DNA of 64,000 nt from Arenicellales bacterium (GTDB lineage: Bacteria; Pseudomonadota; Gammaproteobacteria; Arenicellales; JAJDZL01): contig OZ242211.1 in the NCBI GenBank assembly GCA_965206345.1, positions 1,692,586 through 1,756,585 on the forward strand. Reading direction: 5' to 3'. Both the position numbers and the translations under genes were made by a program. The notes under the pieces are model-generated. The model was given only the letters and a program-made list of their open reading frames with translations, was not told the DNA's origin and searched no databases. The stretch's first letter is position 1; each line of letters begins with the position of its first letter. Shown here one piece after another: positions 47,920 through 58,648 of this stretch.

Positions 47920-50915
47920 GCGAAACCCATCGTTTACCTAGTGGCGGTCGAATTGATCGATCTCGGTCTGTGACGTTTAAATTTAACGGTGAGATTCTGA
48001 CTGGATATTCCGGAGACACTGTCGCATCAGCACTGCTTGCAAACAATATTCACTTGGTTGCAAGAAGTTTCAAATATCACCGGCCTCGTGGAATTATGGG
48101 CAGTGGCCCAGAGGAGCCTTGCGCTATGCTTCAAGTCGGGTGGGGTGCGAATGCTGTTCCCAATGGTAAGGCAACACAGGTAGAGATTTATGAGGGACTG
48201 GAGGTTTCGAGCGTTAATGCCTGGCCTAGTGTTAAGTTCGATGTTTCTGCTGTTAATGAGATTTTCTCAGCAATTATCCCTGCTGGCTTCTATTACAAGA
48301 CATTCATGTATCCGCAAAAGTGGTGGATGTTCTACGAAAAGTGGATCAGAAAAGCAGCTGGATTTGGTGTAGCAGAGTCCGAGACAGATCCAGACCGTTA
48401 TGAAAAAATCAACGCTTGGTGCGATGTTCTCGTGGTGGGTGGTGGTCCAGCCGGGCTTTCAACGGCCTTAAGCGCTGCCAAGACGGGTGCCAGGGTGATC
48501 TTGGCAGACGAAAAGGGAGAGTTAGGTGGCGGATTGCTTCGTTGCAGAGACGGAAGCCGCAGAAAATGGTTAGTTGAGACCCTTGCTCAGCTCGCCGAAC
48601 TTCCGAATTGCAGAATGTTGCGACGTACCACAGCTGTTGGATATTACGATGCGAACTTTGTGGTTCTCAATGAGCGCTTGACTGATCATTTGTCTGCATC
48701 AGTTGCGGGTCAGTCACGAGAACGACTGTGGCGAACCCGGGCGAAACAGGTGGTTCTGGCAACCGGTGCAATTGAGAGACCCATCGTTTTTGGCAACAAC
48801 GATTTGCCTGGTGTGATGCTCTGCTCAGCGGTGTCCGAATACATCCATCGCTTTGCAGTCAAGCCTGGTTCACGTTCAGTGGTATTTACAAACAATGACA
48901 GTGCCTATCAGACTGCGCTGGATATGATCATGGCCGGTATTCAGTTAATTGCTGTCGTTGATGTTCGTAGAGATGTATCAAATGTGTGGGTTGAGGAACT
49001 TCGTTCTCACGGCGTCACTTTAAAGTTCGGATTTGCAGTGAAAAGTGCGAAGGGCAGGGCTCGCGTGCGCGGTGTCAAAATACAGGCACTTTCCATAGAC
49101 GGTGCATCTTTAACCGGCCCGCAGATTACTTTCAACTGTAACGTGCTGGCCGTGTCAGGCGGATGGAGTCCGGCGGTTCATTTGCATGCACAATCGGGAG
49201 GGAAACCCGTATTTGATCCGGTCAATGCATGCTTTGTACCCGGTGATTCCTCACAGAATGAAGAGTCGGTTGGTGCTGCCAATGCTGACTTTTTGTACGA
49301 GCAGGTGGTTGAAGACGGGGCCAGAATTGGAATTGCAGCCGCCGCTCGGTCAGGATTTGGTGACATTGAATCTTCAAATGAAGAGCAGGTAATCGAGGAC
49401 ATAGCTCAGAACTCGCTTGCTATCCAGCCTTTCTGGCGGGTGCCAAGTTCAGACTCATTTCAGAAGCAGTTCGTCGATTTTCAGAATGATACGACTGCCA
49501 AAGACATTGAATTGGCGGCACGCGAAGGCTATCGATCAATTGAGCATCTTAAACGCTACACATTGCTTGGATTTGGTACAGACCAGGGTAAGCTGGGTAA
49601 TATCAATGGCATGGCAATTCTGTCTCAGGAACTCAATCAGAGTCTGGCAGATACTGGGACAACAACATTTCGTCCGCTTTATACACCCGTCACGTTTGGT
49701 GCGATTGCTGGTCGTGAAGTCGGCCCCAAGTTCTTCGACACAGTTCGCAAGACTGCAATGCATTCCTGGCATGTCGCACAGAATGCGCAGTTTGAAAATG
49801 TAGGGCAGTGGAAACGACCCTGGTACTATCCTCAAACGGGAGAATCGATGGCAGAGGCTGTCAATCGGGAGTGCATGGCTGTACGAAAACAGATTGGAAT
49901 GCTTGATGCATCCACACTGGGAAAAATTGAGATTTTTGGTCCTGATTCCACTGAATTCCTGAACTACATGTACACCAATGCTTGGAATACTCTGAAGATT
50001 GGCAGTTGTCGCTATGGCCTGATGCTGGGTGAAAATGGTATGGTCATGGATGACGGCGTAACGTCAAAACTCGGTGACAATCACTACTACATGACAACGA
50101 CAACCGGTGGCGCAGCGCATGTGTTGAGTTGGATGGAGCAGTGGCGACAGACTGAATGGCCGCATATGAAGGTTTATTTCACTTCGGTTACGGATCAGTG
50201 GGCGGTTGCCTCCGTCTCTGGACCAAAAACTCGCCACCTGCTTGAAAAAGTCTCCGCTGGAATCAATCTGTCCGATGCAGAATTTCCATTCATGTCACTC
50301 AAAGAAGGGACGGTTTGTGGTGTTCCGGCGCGTATATTCCGAATCAGTTTTAGCGGCGAACTTTCCTACGAGATCAATGTTGAAGCCAACTTTGGCCTGC
50401 ATGTTTGGAGCGCACTGTTTGAAGCGGGAAGGGAATTTGGGATCACGCCTTATGGGACTGAAACTATGCATGTGCTGCGGGCTGAAAAGGGTTTCATAAT
50501 CGTCGGACAGGATACAGACGGTTCAGTTACTCCGGATGATCTCGGGATGAATTGGATCGTATCGAAGAAAAAAGACTTTCTTGGTAAGCGTTCGCTCAGT
50601 CGTTCGGATTGTGTGCGACCCGATAGAAAACAATTCGTGGGCCTTTTGACGGAAGATCCCGATGTGGTGTTGCCGGAAGGTGCACAATTAGTTGATGAGC
50701 CATCAAACTCTTATCCTGTACCAATGGTTGGGCACGTAACTTCGAGCTACTGGAGCGCGACTTTGGGCCGCTCCATCGCGCTGGCTGTGGTAAAAGGCGG
50801 TCATTCCCGACTTGGTGCGAAAATCTATTCAACCCTCATGTCGGGTGAATCAATTCCTGTGACCATTTCCAACCCCGTTTTTTATGATGCTGAAGGTGAA
50901 CGACAGCATGTTTAA
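47916..50915 (+). CDS. soxA: Sarcosine oxidase alpha subunit
   Basis: RSFKYHRPRG, GGGPAGL, KRYTLLGFGTDQGK and a GcvT-like C-terminal half. Confidence 0.96.
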   Translation: MSETHRLPSGGRIDRSRSVTFKFNGEILTGYSGDTVASALLANNIHLVARSFKYHRPRGIMGSGPEEPCAMLQVGWGANAVPNGKATQVEIYEGLEVSSVNAWPSVKFDVSAVNEIFSAIIPAGFYYKTFMYPQKWWMFYEKWIRKAAGFGVAESETDPDRYEKINAWCDVLVVGGGPAGLSTALSAAKTGARVILADEKGELGGGLLRCRDGSRRKWLVETLAQLAELPNCRMLRRTTAVGYYDANFVVLNERLTDHLSASVAGQSRERLWRTRAKQVVLATGAIERPIVFGNNDLPGVMLCSAVSEYIHRFAVKPGSRSVVFTNNDSAYQTALDMIMAGIQLIAVVDVRRDVSNVWVEELRSHGVTLKFGFAVKSAKGRARVRGVKIQALSIDGASLTGPQITFNCNVLAVSGGWSPAVHLHAQSGGKPVFDPVNACFVPGDSSQNEESVGAANADFLYEQVVEDGARIGIAAAARSGFGDIESSNEEQVIEDIAQNSLAIQPFWRVPSSDSFQKQFVDFQNDTTAKDIELAAREGYRSIEHLKRYTLLGFGTDQGKLGNINGMAILSQELNQSLADTGTTTFRPLYTPVTFGAIAGREVGPKFFDTVRKTAMHSWHVAQNAQFENVGQWKRPWYYPQTGESMAEAVNRECMAVRKQIGMLDASTLGKIEIFGPDSTEFLNYMYTNAWNTLKIGSCRYGLMLGENGMVMDDGVTSKLGDNHYYMTTTTGGAAHVLSWMEQWRQTEWPHMKVYFTSVTDQWAVASVSGPKTRHLLEKVSAGINLSDAEFPFMSLKEGTVCGVPARIFRISFSGELSYEINVEANFGLHVWSALFEAGREFGITPYGTETMHVLRAEKGFIIVGQDTDGSVTPDDLGMNWIVSKKKDFLGKRSLSRSDCVRPDRKQFVGLLTEDPDVVLPEGAQLVDEPSNSYPVPMVGHVTSSYWSATLGRSIALAVVKGGHSRLGAKIYSTLMSGESIPVTISNPVFYDAEGERQHV

Positions 50916-51504
50916 CCCAACTCAGCAGACACCATTGGCAGAGTTCTCAATCCAGGACGAAGTCCGCGCTGAGTTCAATGGCGTAAACCTCTTGGAATTG
51001 TCAAACCTGGAGCACTTCAATTTGAGGCTTCAGCCAGATAACAGTCACCTGCTGGATAGTCTACAAGACGCGCTCGAATTTCAAATTCCGCTTGAGCCAA
51101 ACACTCTTGTGATTCATGAGAATATTTTGTGCGGCTGGCTTGGACCAGATGAGTGGCTGATTGTTGCTCCGCTAGATCAGTCTAATCGCGTAGAAGCGGT
51201 GGTGAGAGAAAACTTAACGGACCAATTCGCGACCTTGACAAAAATTGGTAGCGCGCAGACGATCATTCGGGTATCAGGTTGGCAGGCCATTGAATTTTTA
51301 TCGAGGGGTATCGCAATTGACCTTGATCCGTCCGGCTTCAAACCTGGGCATTGCGTCCAAACCATCATGGCGCACGCCAACGTTACGGTATTGAATCACT
51401 CCCAAGATGAATCAATTTTCGATTTGATTGTGAGGCGGAGTTTCGCTGACCACCTTTGGCGGTGGCTTCTAGATGTGGGACAGGAGGCAGAATTTTGCGG
51501 ATAA
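50908..51504 (+). CDS. soxG: Sarcosine oxidase gamma subunit
   Basis: WLGPDEWL and VRRSFADHLWRWL; last gene of soxBDAG. Confidence 0.92.
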   Translation: MFNPTQQTPLAEFSIQDEVRAEFNGVNLLELSNLEHFNLRLQPDNSHLLDSLQDALEFQIPLEPNTLVIHENILCGWLGPDEWLIVAPLDQSNRVEAVVRENLTDQFATLTKIGSAQTIIRVSGWQAIEFLSRGIAIDLDPSGFKPGHCVQTIMAHANVTVLNHSQDESIFDLIVRRSFADHLWRWLLDVGQEAEFCG

Positions 51505-51561
51505 ACCTGGTCAGACGCGCAGTCTGATTGAAATAGTCAAGGTTTTCAACACTGGGCAGAC

Positions 51562-52449
51562 TTAGATCTTTACTCCAGCTAATTCCATGATGCCTGGGAT
51601 CTTGTCTTCCCAGCCAATGGCCATGATATGGAGGCCACCTGCAGCCTGGTGAAGGTCTCGCATAATGTCAGCGGAAATCTGCTGACTTGTTTCCACGATT
51701 TTCTCTTTGTTCTTTTGCTGATTCGCAATTTTCTGAATCAGGTGGTCGGGTACGGTGATTCCCGGAACCCGCTCATTCATGTACATTGCCATCTTGACCG
51801 ACTTGATTGGGATTACACCCGCCAAAACAGGTACTTTGATGTCGCCGCACTTATCGAGAAAGCGAGTGAATTCTTCGACATCGTATACGGCCTGAGTTTG
51901 CAGGAACGACGCACCTGCTTCAATTTTGCGATGCAAATTTTCTATTTCAACATCAGGATTCGTTGAACCTGGATTAAACACCGCGCCGACGCAGAAGCTG
52001 GGTGTGCCATTAAGTTTATTACCTGTATAGTCTGTACCGGACTGCAGTGCATTAACCGCATCCAGAAGTTGTGAAGCAAAGAGGTCGAAGACGGGTTTTG
52101 CATCTGGGTGGTCACCGTTCTTTGGTGGGTCTCCACCCATGAAAACCAGGTTTTCGACGCCCAGTGCTGCAGCACCTAGCATGCAGGCTTGGATAGCGAT
52201 TCGATTTTTGTCTCTGGATGTCATCTGAACAATGGGCTCGGCACCGTAATCTAGCAACAGATGAGCGACCGCAGTTGGATCCATTGCCATACGCGCTGCG
52301 TGAGATTCGGTTAGGTTAAAGGCGTGGACGTGATTTTTCAGTGAGGCGGCCTTATCCAATAATGGCTTAAGATCTATGCCTTTGGGTGGTGTCAGTTCAC
52401 AGGTGACAATAAATTCCCCGGCATCAATTCGCTGTTTCAATTTGCCCAT
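51562..52449 (-). CDS. metF: Methylenetetrahydrofolate reductase
   Basis: TCELTPPKG, MTSRDKNRIA, GGDPP, KIEAGASFLQTQ and GLHIMAIG. Confidence 0.9.
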   Translation of the reverse strand: MGKLKQRIDAGEFIVTCELTPPKGIDLKPLLDKAASLKNHVHAFNLTESHAARMAMDPTAVAHLLLDYGAEPIVQMTSRDKNRIAIQACMLGAAALGVENLVFMGGDPPKNGDHPDAKPVFDLFASQLLDAVNALQSGTDYTGNKLNGTPSFCVGAVFNPGSTNPDVEIENLHRKIEAGASFLQTQAVYDVEEFTRFLDKCGDIKVPVLAGVIPIKSVKMAMYMNERVPGITVPDHLIQKIANQQKNKEKIVETSQQISADIMRDLHQAAGGLHIMAIGWEDKIPGIMELAGVKI

Positions 52450-52909
52450 GTTTAACCTTTGAATTTAGTGGCAGTTCAAGATCATTCGAAGCTTTACCGA
52501 ACCGTCGGCTGATCATCTTCGTATTGCGCACCTTAAAATTCGTCTCTCTCAGATTCGACCGCAATTGATGAGACGAATCGCTGAAATGCGTCCGATGAAA
52601 ATATCGGTCGGTATTAGAAAGGCAGTCATTATGGCTTATTTCGTAGGGTATGAGCACACCTTCAACTACGAATGGCGGCTTAAAAGCCGGGCTCACATTC
52701 TCTGATACAGTTTCGAATGTGCTGGTGACAGTCAGCACGATGTTGTTTCATTGCAAAAGCAAGTACTTGAAACTAAAATTGATAGTCAATTTCTCCATCG
52801 CATTCATTCAGATTTTGATTACACCACCATAGCTTTGGCTTGAGTGAAATTTCTTGTAGCCAGATCGCAAGCGAACTGTATTTACTAATGCCCAGGGTGA
52901 CTGGCATAT

Positions 52910-53683
52910 ATGTCATATGACGATAGCTTTGTAGCAGGTCTTGAGTGGTTGTGGGGTGAAGGTTTTCTTTCACCCGGTGGACCAGCCTATATTTCGGACA
53001 TATTGAGTGAAACAGACCTGACCGACAGGACGGTTCTCGATTTCGGCTGTGGTATTGGCGGAATTGACCGACTGCTGGTCACAAAGTACGGTGCCTTGCG
53101 AGTTTTGGGTCTTGATGTGGTAGATACGCTGATTAAGCGAGCCCGGAATGATGCAGAAAAATATCAACTGTCTGACCGGCTTGAATTCAAACAGATAGAA
53201 TCGGAAGATTTGGAATTTGAGGATGAAACATTTGATGTAGTCATTTCGAAGGACGCAATCGTTCATTTGCCAGAAAAACAGATGATTGTCAATGAGTTTT
53301 ACCGAATTTTACGTCGCAAAGGCGTGCTGGTTGGCAGCGACTGGTTGGGTAATGATGCGACTCATACGTCTGAGCGCGTGAGAGAATGGCTTGACTTTTC
53401 GAAGCTTGATTTTCATTTCTGTACTGCACTGGAATTAGAGGAGTATTTTCGACTGGCTGGGTTTGAATCTGTTCAGACGAGGGACAGGAATGTCTGGTAT
53501 CAATCTGCAGTTCGAGAAGAAATTAACCGAGTGAGTGGTGTGAACCGAGTAGAGTATGTGAAGCGATTTGGCGAGAAGCAGGCGGAAACCCGTTTCAAGA
53601 GCTCAACTCTAAAAATGAAAGTTGTTGATGCCGGAGAGATGCGGCCGACACTGTTTCGTGCTGTCAAGCCCAAATCAATCTAG
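52910..53683 (+). CDS. Class I SAM-dependent methyltransferase (phosphoethanolamine N-methyltransferase-like)
   Basis: LEWLWGEGFLSPGG, VLDFGCGIGG and FDVVISKDAIVHL. Confidence 0.8.
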   Translation: MSYDDSFVAGLEWLWGEGFLSPGGPAYISDILSETDLTDRTVLDFGCGIGGIDRLLVTKYGALRVLGLDVVDTLIKRARNDAEKYQLSDRLEFKQIESEDLEFEDETFDVVISKDAIVHLPEKQMIVNEFYRILRRKGVLVGSDWLGNDATHTSERVREWLDFSKLDFHFCTALELEEYFRLAGFESVQTRDRNVWYQSAVREEINRVSGVNRVEYVKRFGEKQAETRFKSSTLKMKVVDAGEMRPTLFRAVKPKSI

Positions 53684-53821
53684 ATTGTCGAACCACCGCT
53701 GCTAATCAGCAGCATATTCAGCGAATCTAGACAATTGGGTGAATCGTGTGAATTCAATGAAACACACTCTTTTAGCTTGGGTAATTTCGCTACCGTTAAC
53801 GCGCTGAGGCTGTAGAGTTAG

Positions 53822-54520
53822 TTAGATGAGTTCGACACGCATCGAAAAGCCGGGCTCATGAAGTAGCCTAACCGAAGTAATACACTGTTCAGCCTGCCAG
53901 GTCGTCCGCTCAATTACAAAGGCCGCCTCACCAACTTCGGCAGCAAACAATTGAGCTTCTCTTTCAGTCAAGTTTGCCGCACAAAATGAAATGTCTCCGC
54001 GCGTAAACATCACGTTTCGAACCAGCCATTCGTTCACGCTGATTGCGGAGAAGTCAATATCAAAGATTCCAGGCAGTACAACTGGATTCAGCCACCGCTC
54101 CTCGTAGATAATCGGTCTCTCGTCCGCCATGTGTAAATTACAGATATACAGCAACTCGATGCCGTTATCGAGATTCATTCGGTATTGAACTCGCTCTGGG
54201 GCCGTTGTCCGGGTACTCTCAGTTAATACATGTCGGTATTTTGCTCCGCGTTGCTCGACTTCCAGGCGGATTATGTCAATTTTCAGTGTCGCGTACCGCG
54301 ACGGCTCTGTTGCCACTCGAGACCCGATCCGGCGACGTCGGTCCAGTAAACCTGAATCAGCCAGACCGCGCAATGCTCGATTGACGGTGGCGCGTGCGCA
54401 CTGAAACTCTGCAGCTAACTGCTCTTCCGCAGGAATAAGCTCACCTGGCTGCCAGATGCCATCGACTATCCGACGGCGCAGTTCATCATGAATATTCTGC
54501 CATGACTTGCGCATTTTCAT
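53822..54520 (-). CDS. hutC: Histidine utilisation repressor (GntR-UTRA)
   Basis: WQPGELIPAEEQLAAEFQCARATVNRAL HTH plus UTRA domain; divergent from hutI. Confidence 0.88.
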   Translation of the reverse strand: MKMRKSWQNIHDELRRRIVDGIWQPGELIPAEEQLAAEFQCARATVNRALRGLADSGLLDRRRRIGSRVATEPSRYATLKIDIIRLEVEQRGAKYRHVLTESTRTTAPERVQYRMNLDNGIELLYICNLHMADERPIIYEERWLNPVVLPGIFDIDFSAISVNEWLVRNVMFTRGDISFCAANLTEREAQLFAAEVGEAAFVIERTTWQAEQCITSVRLLHEPGFSMRVELI

Positions 54521-54524
54521 GTAG

Positions 54525-54692
54525 TCAGCCGCTCCATGATTTTGTTATTAGTCTTTCGGTACTTTTCCTGAATCGACTGGCGATTAAGATGGCATCAAAC
54601 GCCGCAATAACGCCGGTGCCATACACCGAAATACGCACATTCGATTGCCGGCCCTCAGGGGTTAGCACCGCTTTCGCCCAAATGATCTTCAT
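54525..54692 (-). pseudogene. hutF: Internally deleted formiminoglutamate deiminase remnant
   Basis: 55-aa ORF MKIIWAKAVLTPEGRQSNVRISVYGTGVIAAF...IASRFRKSTERL. The N-terminus resembles HutF starts and it sits at the usual hutF position between hutI and hutC. Confidence 0.7.
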
Positions 54693-54715
54693 CACGACTC
54701 AATTGAGATCCTACT

Positions 54716-54752
54716 TTATATGTACAATGTTATCATAATTATGTATAGACAA
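54716..54752. promoter_or_regulatory. Putative HutC operator sites
   Basis: TTATATGTACAA (54716-54727) and TGTATAGACA (54742-54751) resemble the TGTA-N2-TACA HutC box, in the divergent promoter region. Confidence 0.65.
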
Positions 54753-54774
54753 TTAAAACGGAGATGAGACGCTG

Positions 54775-55998
54775 ATGACTCAGCAAGTTCTCGAAAATTT
54801 AAAACTCGCGACGATGTCAACCAACGGGATGCCATATGGAATGGTTGCAGACGGTACGATCGTAATTGACAGTGCGACCATTGTGTGGTGCGGTCGCAAG
54901 GCGCAATTTCCGGATGAGTATTCGAACTGGTCGCGACGCGACCTCGCTGGACGGCTGGTGACGCCTGGCCTGATTGATTGCCATACTCATATCGTTTATG
55001 GCGGCAATCGCGCCAGGGAATTTGAACTTCGACTTAGCGGCGCTTCCTATGAGGAAATAACTGCACAAGGTGGCGGTATTCACGCCACGCTTAACGAAAC
55101 GCGCAAACTCTCAGTGCCACAACTGGTAGAGCAATCGTTGGCTCGTATCGATACGTTGATTGCCGAGGGTATCTGTGTTATCGAAATTAAATCAGGCTAC
55201 GGGCTTGATATGCAGACTGAACTCAATATGCTACGCGCGGCTCGTCAAATTGGTAAAGAGCGCCCAATTACCGTTAAAACAAGCTTCTTGGGGGCACATT
55301 TGGCACCAACTGCCTACCGCGATCATCCTGAGAGTTACCTGGATGAAGTCTGTATTCCGGCACTTGAAAAAGCGGCAGACGAAGGCTTGGTGGATGCGGT
55401 GGATGGATTTTGCGAGAACATTGCGTTTTCCGCGATCCAGCTTGAACGCTTGTTCAGTCGTGCTGAGTCTTTGGGTCTGCCTGTCAAAATCCATGCTGAG
55501 CAACTTTCGAATTGTGGTGGTACTCAGCTTGCCGCGAAGTACAAAGCGCTCTCAGCAGATCACTTGGAATATGCCAACGAAGCCGATGTCGTGGCACTTA
55601 AAGAAAGTAATACCGTCGCGGTACTGTTGCCAGGCGCTTTCTTTTCCCTACGACAATCCCAAAAACCACCCGTTCAAATATTACGTGACCATGGTGTAAC
55701 AATCGCCATAGCAACGGACTGTAACCCAGGTTCTTCACCGTTGAACTCGATCCTGTTGGCAATGAACTTCGCGTGCATTTTGTTTGATATGACACCTGAA
55801 GAAGCGTTGGCCGGGACAACCGTATCGGCTGCTAAGGCACTCGGGCTTTCCAACATGGGTCAGATCAAACCGGGAATGACCGCAAATCTTGCTGTTTGGG
55901 ATGTTACCTCACCGGGAGAAATCGTCTACCCCATGGGGTTCAACCCGCTCACCGAACGAATCTATGAAGGCCAAGTCAGTGCATCGCCTGTGCATTAA
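54775..55998 (+). CDS. hutI: Imidazolonepropionase
   Basis: TPGLIDCHTH, EIKSGYGL, KIHAEQLS, SADHLE and ATDCNPGSSP. Confidence 0.96.
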   Translation: MTQQVLENLKLATMSTNGMPYGMVADGTIVIDSATIVWCGRKAQFPDEYSNWSRRDLAGRLVTPGLIDCHTHIVYGGNRAREFELRLSGASYEEITAQGGGIHATLNETRKLSVPQLVEQSLARIDTLIAEGICVIEIKSGYGLDMQTELNMLRAARQIGKERPITVKTSFLGAHLAPTAYRDHPESYLDEVCIPALEKAADEGLVDAVDGFCENIAFSAIQLERLFSRAESLGLPVKIHAEQLSNCGGTQLAAKYKALSADHLEYANEADVVALKESNTVAVLLPGAFFSLRQSQKPPVQILRDHGVTIAIATDCNPGSSPLNSILLAMNFACILFDMTPEEALAGTTVSAAKALGLSNMGQIKPGMTANLAVWDVTSPGEIVYPMGFNPLTERIYEGQVSASPVH

Positions 55999-56022
55999 TC
56001 ATCCCGACCGGGTAACCTTCCA

Positions 56023-56841
56023 GTGACGACACCGCCGGCATTCGAAATTCAACCCGGGAATTCGCCGATTGTGCTTGCGATCCCGCATACTGGCCATCAC
56101 ATTCCAGCTGACATTCTCGCTAGACTCACCGACATTGGACATCAGCGAATCGACACAGACTGGCACATTCACCGACTCTACGATGGTTTAGTGCCGGGTG
56201 CAACGGTGATTCGTGCGCTATTTCATAGATACGTTATCGATCCTAACCGAGACCCCGCGGGTGGTGTGTTGTACGCGTATCGAAAAGAGTCTTCCCTGTG
56301 TCCCTTATATACCTTTGATGGTCAGCCTCTATATTTGGAAGATCTTGAACCAGACAATGAGGAAATTGTCCTGCGAACCCTTCGCTACCATCGTCCTTAT
56401 CACGCGGCAATTGAACAAGCACTCCAGTGTGCGCTGGAATCGCATGGTATCGCGATTCTGTATGATTGCCACTCAGTCAAATCAGTTATTCCGACTCTGT
56501 TTACCGGCAAATTACCAGACCTCAACATTGGTACGGCAGATGGTTCGAGTTGCAGTCCGCAACTGGAAAGCGTTGTCTACCGAGTCTGTGACCAATGGAC
56601 CGAGTACAGTGTCGTTCTTAATGGTGTGTTTCGCGGTGGCTGGACGACACGCCACCATGGTCAACCTGACGCGGGAATCCATGCCATTCAGATGGAGTTA
56701 TCCCAGTCAACATACATGTTGGAACAACCACCTTGGACAATGGATGACCATAAAACACAGAATCTTCGTAGTCTGCTGAAAAAGGTTCTGTACGAACTTG
56801 AGCAGGCCGCGCATCTCTTGCAACCCAGCCCACTTACGTGA
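56023..56841 (+). CDS. hutG: N-formylglutamate amidohydrolase
   Basis: IPHTG, DTDWHI, RYVIDPNR, YHRPYH, DCHS, GGWTTRHHG and HAIQMEL. Confidence 0.92.
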   Translation: MTTPPAFEIQPGNSPIVLAIPHTGHHIPADILARLTDIGHQRIDTDWHIHRLYDGLVPGATVIRALFHRYVIDPNRDPAGGVLYAYRKESSLCPLYTFDGQPLYLEDLEPDNEEIVLRTLRYHRPYHAAIEQALQCALESHGIAILYDCHSVKSVIPTLFTGKLPDLNIGTADGSSCSPQLESVVYRVCDQWTEYSVVLNGVFRGGWTTRHHGQPDAGIHAIQMELSQSTYMLEQPPWTMDDHKTQNLRSLLKKVLYELEQAAHLLQPSPLT

Positions 56842-56847
56842 ATTGAC

Positions 56848-58521
56848 ATGAACTTTGTACCAAAAGCCAAAAGGACTATTACCCCGAATACGGGCACTCG
56901 CCTTGAAGCCAAGTCCTGGTTGACTGAAGCACCGTTGCGGATGCTTATGAACAACCTGCACCCGGATGTTGCCGAAAATCCCGACGAACTTGTCGTCTAC
57001 GGTGGCATGGGGAAAGCCGCGCGCACATGGAATGATTACGACAAGATTGTCGAATCTCTTAAACGCCTCGATACTGATCAGTCGCTACTGATTCAGTCTG
57101 GTAAACCTGTCGGCATCTTTAATACCCACCGGGATGCGCCGCGCGTTTTAATTGCCAACTCCAATTTGGTGCCAAAATGGGCAACCTGGGAGCACTTTGA
57201 CGAACTGGATCGTCAGGGCCTGATGATGTTTGGACAAATGACTGCGGGGTCGTGGATCTATATCGCGAGCCAAGGAATCATTCAGGGTACCTATGAGACG
57301 TTCGTTGAAGCCGGACGTAAACACTACGGCGGTAATCTCAGCGGTCGCTGGATACTGACCGCAGGACTGGGAGGCATGGGTGGTGCCCAACCGCTGGCCG
57401 CGGTAATGGCAGGGGCCTGTTGCCTGGTCGTGGAGTGCGACTCAGATCGCATCGATTTTCGTCTGCGCACCGGATATCTCGATCACCGAACGAATTCGCT
57501 CGATGAAGCTTTGAGTATGATCGATAAATGGATTCGGGAGGGGAAAGCAAAATCGGTTGGTCTGCTGGGTAACGCTGCTCAAGTTGTACCTGAGATTTTT
57601 GAGCGCGGTATTCGCCCCGATGTTGTAACCGATCAAACTTCAGCACACGATTTGCTGTACGGATACCTGCCGCTTGGTTGGAGCATGGAGAAGTGGCACG
57701 AAAAACGAAAATCCGACCCCAAGGCTGTGATAGAAGCAGCCAGCCAGTCCGCGCGGGTTCACGTTGAAGCCTTGGTGAAATTCTGGGACGCTGACATCCC
57801 CACTGTCGATTATGGAAACAATATTCGACAGGTCGCCAAAGATGAAGGCTTCGATCGTGCTTTCGCCTATCCGGGATTCGTACCCGCCTATATTCGCCCA
57901 CTTTTTTGCCGCGGGATGGGGCCTTTTCGTTGGGTTGCTTTGAGTGGCAATCCTGAAGACATTTATAAGACTGACGATAAAGTCAAGGAATTGATTCCGG
58001 ATGATCCGCATCTACACAACTGGCTGGATATGGCGCGTAGCAGCATCAAGTTTCAGGGGTTACCGGCCAGAATTTGCTGGTTGGGACTGGGTCAGCGCGA
58101 TCGGATTGGACTCGCATTCAACGAAATGTACCGAACCGGTGAAATTGACGCGCCGGTCGTAATTGGCCGGGACCATCTTGATTCGGGCTCGGTCGCATCG
58201 CCGAATCGAGAAACCGAAGGAATGCGCGATGGCTCAGATGCGGTCTCCGACTGGGCATTTCTTAATGCCCTTTTGAACTGCGCTTCGGGGGCTACCTGGG
58301 TTTCCATCCACCATGGCGGTGGAGTTGGAATCGGCTACGCACAACATGCTGGTATGGTCATCTGTTGTGATGGTACTCGCGAGGCCGTGCCGCGCATCCA
58401 GAATGTACTGTGGAACGACCCGGCAAGTGGTGTCATGCGACATGCGGATGCCGGTTATCCGGATGCGATCGAATGCGCCAAGAAAAATCATCTTGATTTG
58501 CCAGCGATTCTATCCAATTAA
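56848..58521 (+). CDS. hutU: Urocanate hydratase
   Basis: [38 protein letters not shown] and [18 protein letters not shown]. Confidence 0.97.
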   Translation: MNFVPKAKRTITPNTGTRLEAKSWLTEAPLRMLMNNLHPDVAENPDELVVYGGMGKAARTWNDYDKIVESLKRLDTDQSLLIQSGKPVGIFNTHRDAPRVLIANSNLVPKWATWEHFDELDRQGLMMFGQMTAGSWIYIASQGIIQGTYETFVEAGRKHYGGNLSGRWILTAGLGGMGGAQPLAAVMAGACCLVVECDSDRIDFRLRTGYLDHRTNSLDEALSMIDKWIREGKAKSVGLLGNAAQVVPEIFERGIRPDVVTDQTSAHDLLYGYLPLGWSMEKWHEKRKSDPKAVIEAASQSARVHVEALVKFWDADIPTVDYGNNIRQVAKDEGFDRAFAYPGFVPAYIRPLFCRGMGPFRWVALSGNPEDIYKTDDKVKELIPDDPHLHNWLDMARSSIKFQGLPARICWLGLGQRDRIGLAFNEMYRTGEIDAPVVIGRDHLDSGSVASPNRETEGMRDGSDAVSDWAFLNALLNCASGATWVSIHHGGGVGIGYAQHAGMVICCDGTREAVPRIQNVLWNDPASGVMRHADAGYPDAIECAKKNHLDLPAILSN

Positions 58522-58648
58522 CGACGCGATAGGCAGCATCAACCGGTATTTCATGAACCCAGATGTTTCTATGCATTCAAACAGGTCTTACTGTTCTTAC
58601 CCGAACACTTACTCAATTTAATTTGCAATCAAACTAGGAGAAAATGAA

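Noticed and set aside
46363-51504. Reading soxBDAG as sulfur-oxidation Sox genes linked to dsr
   Set aside because: The proteins are heterotetrameric sarcosine oxidase; only the gene names coincide.
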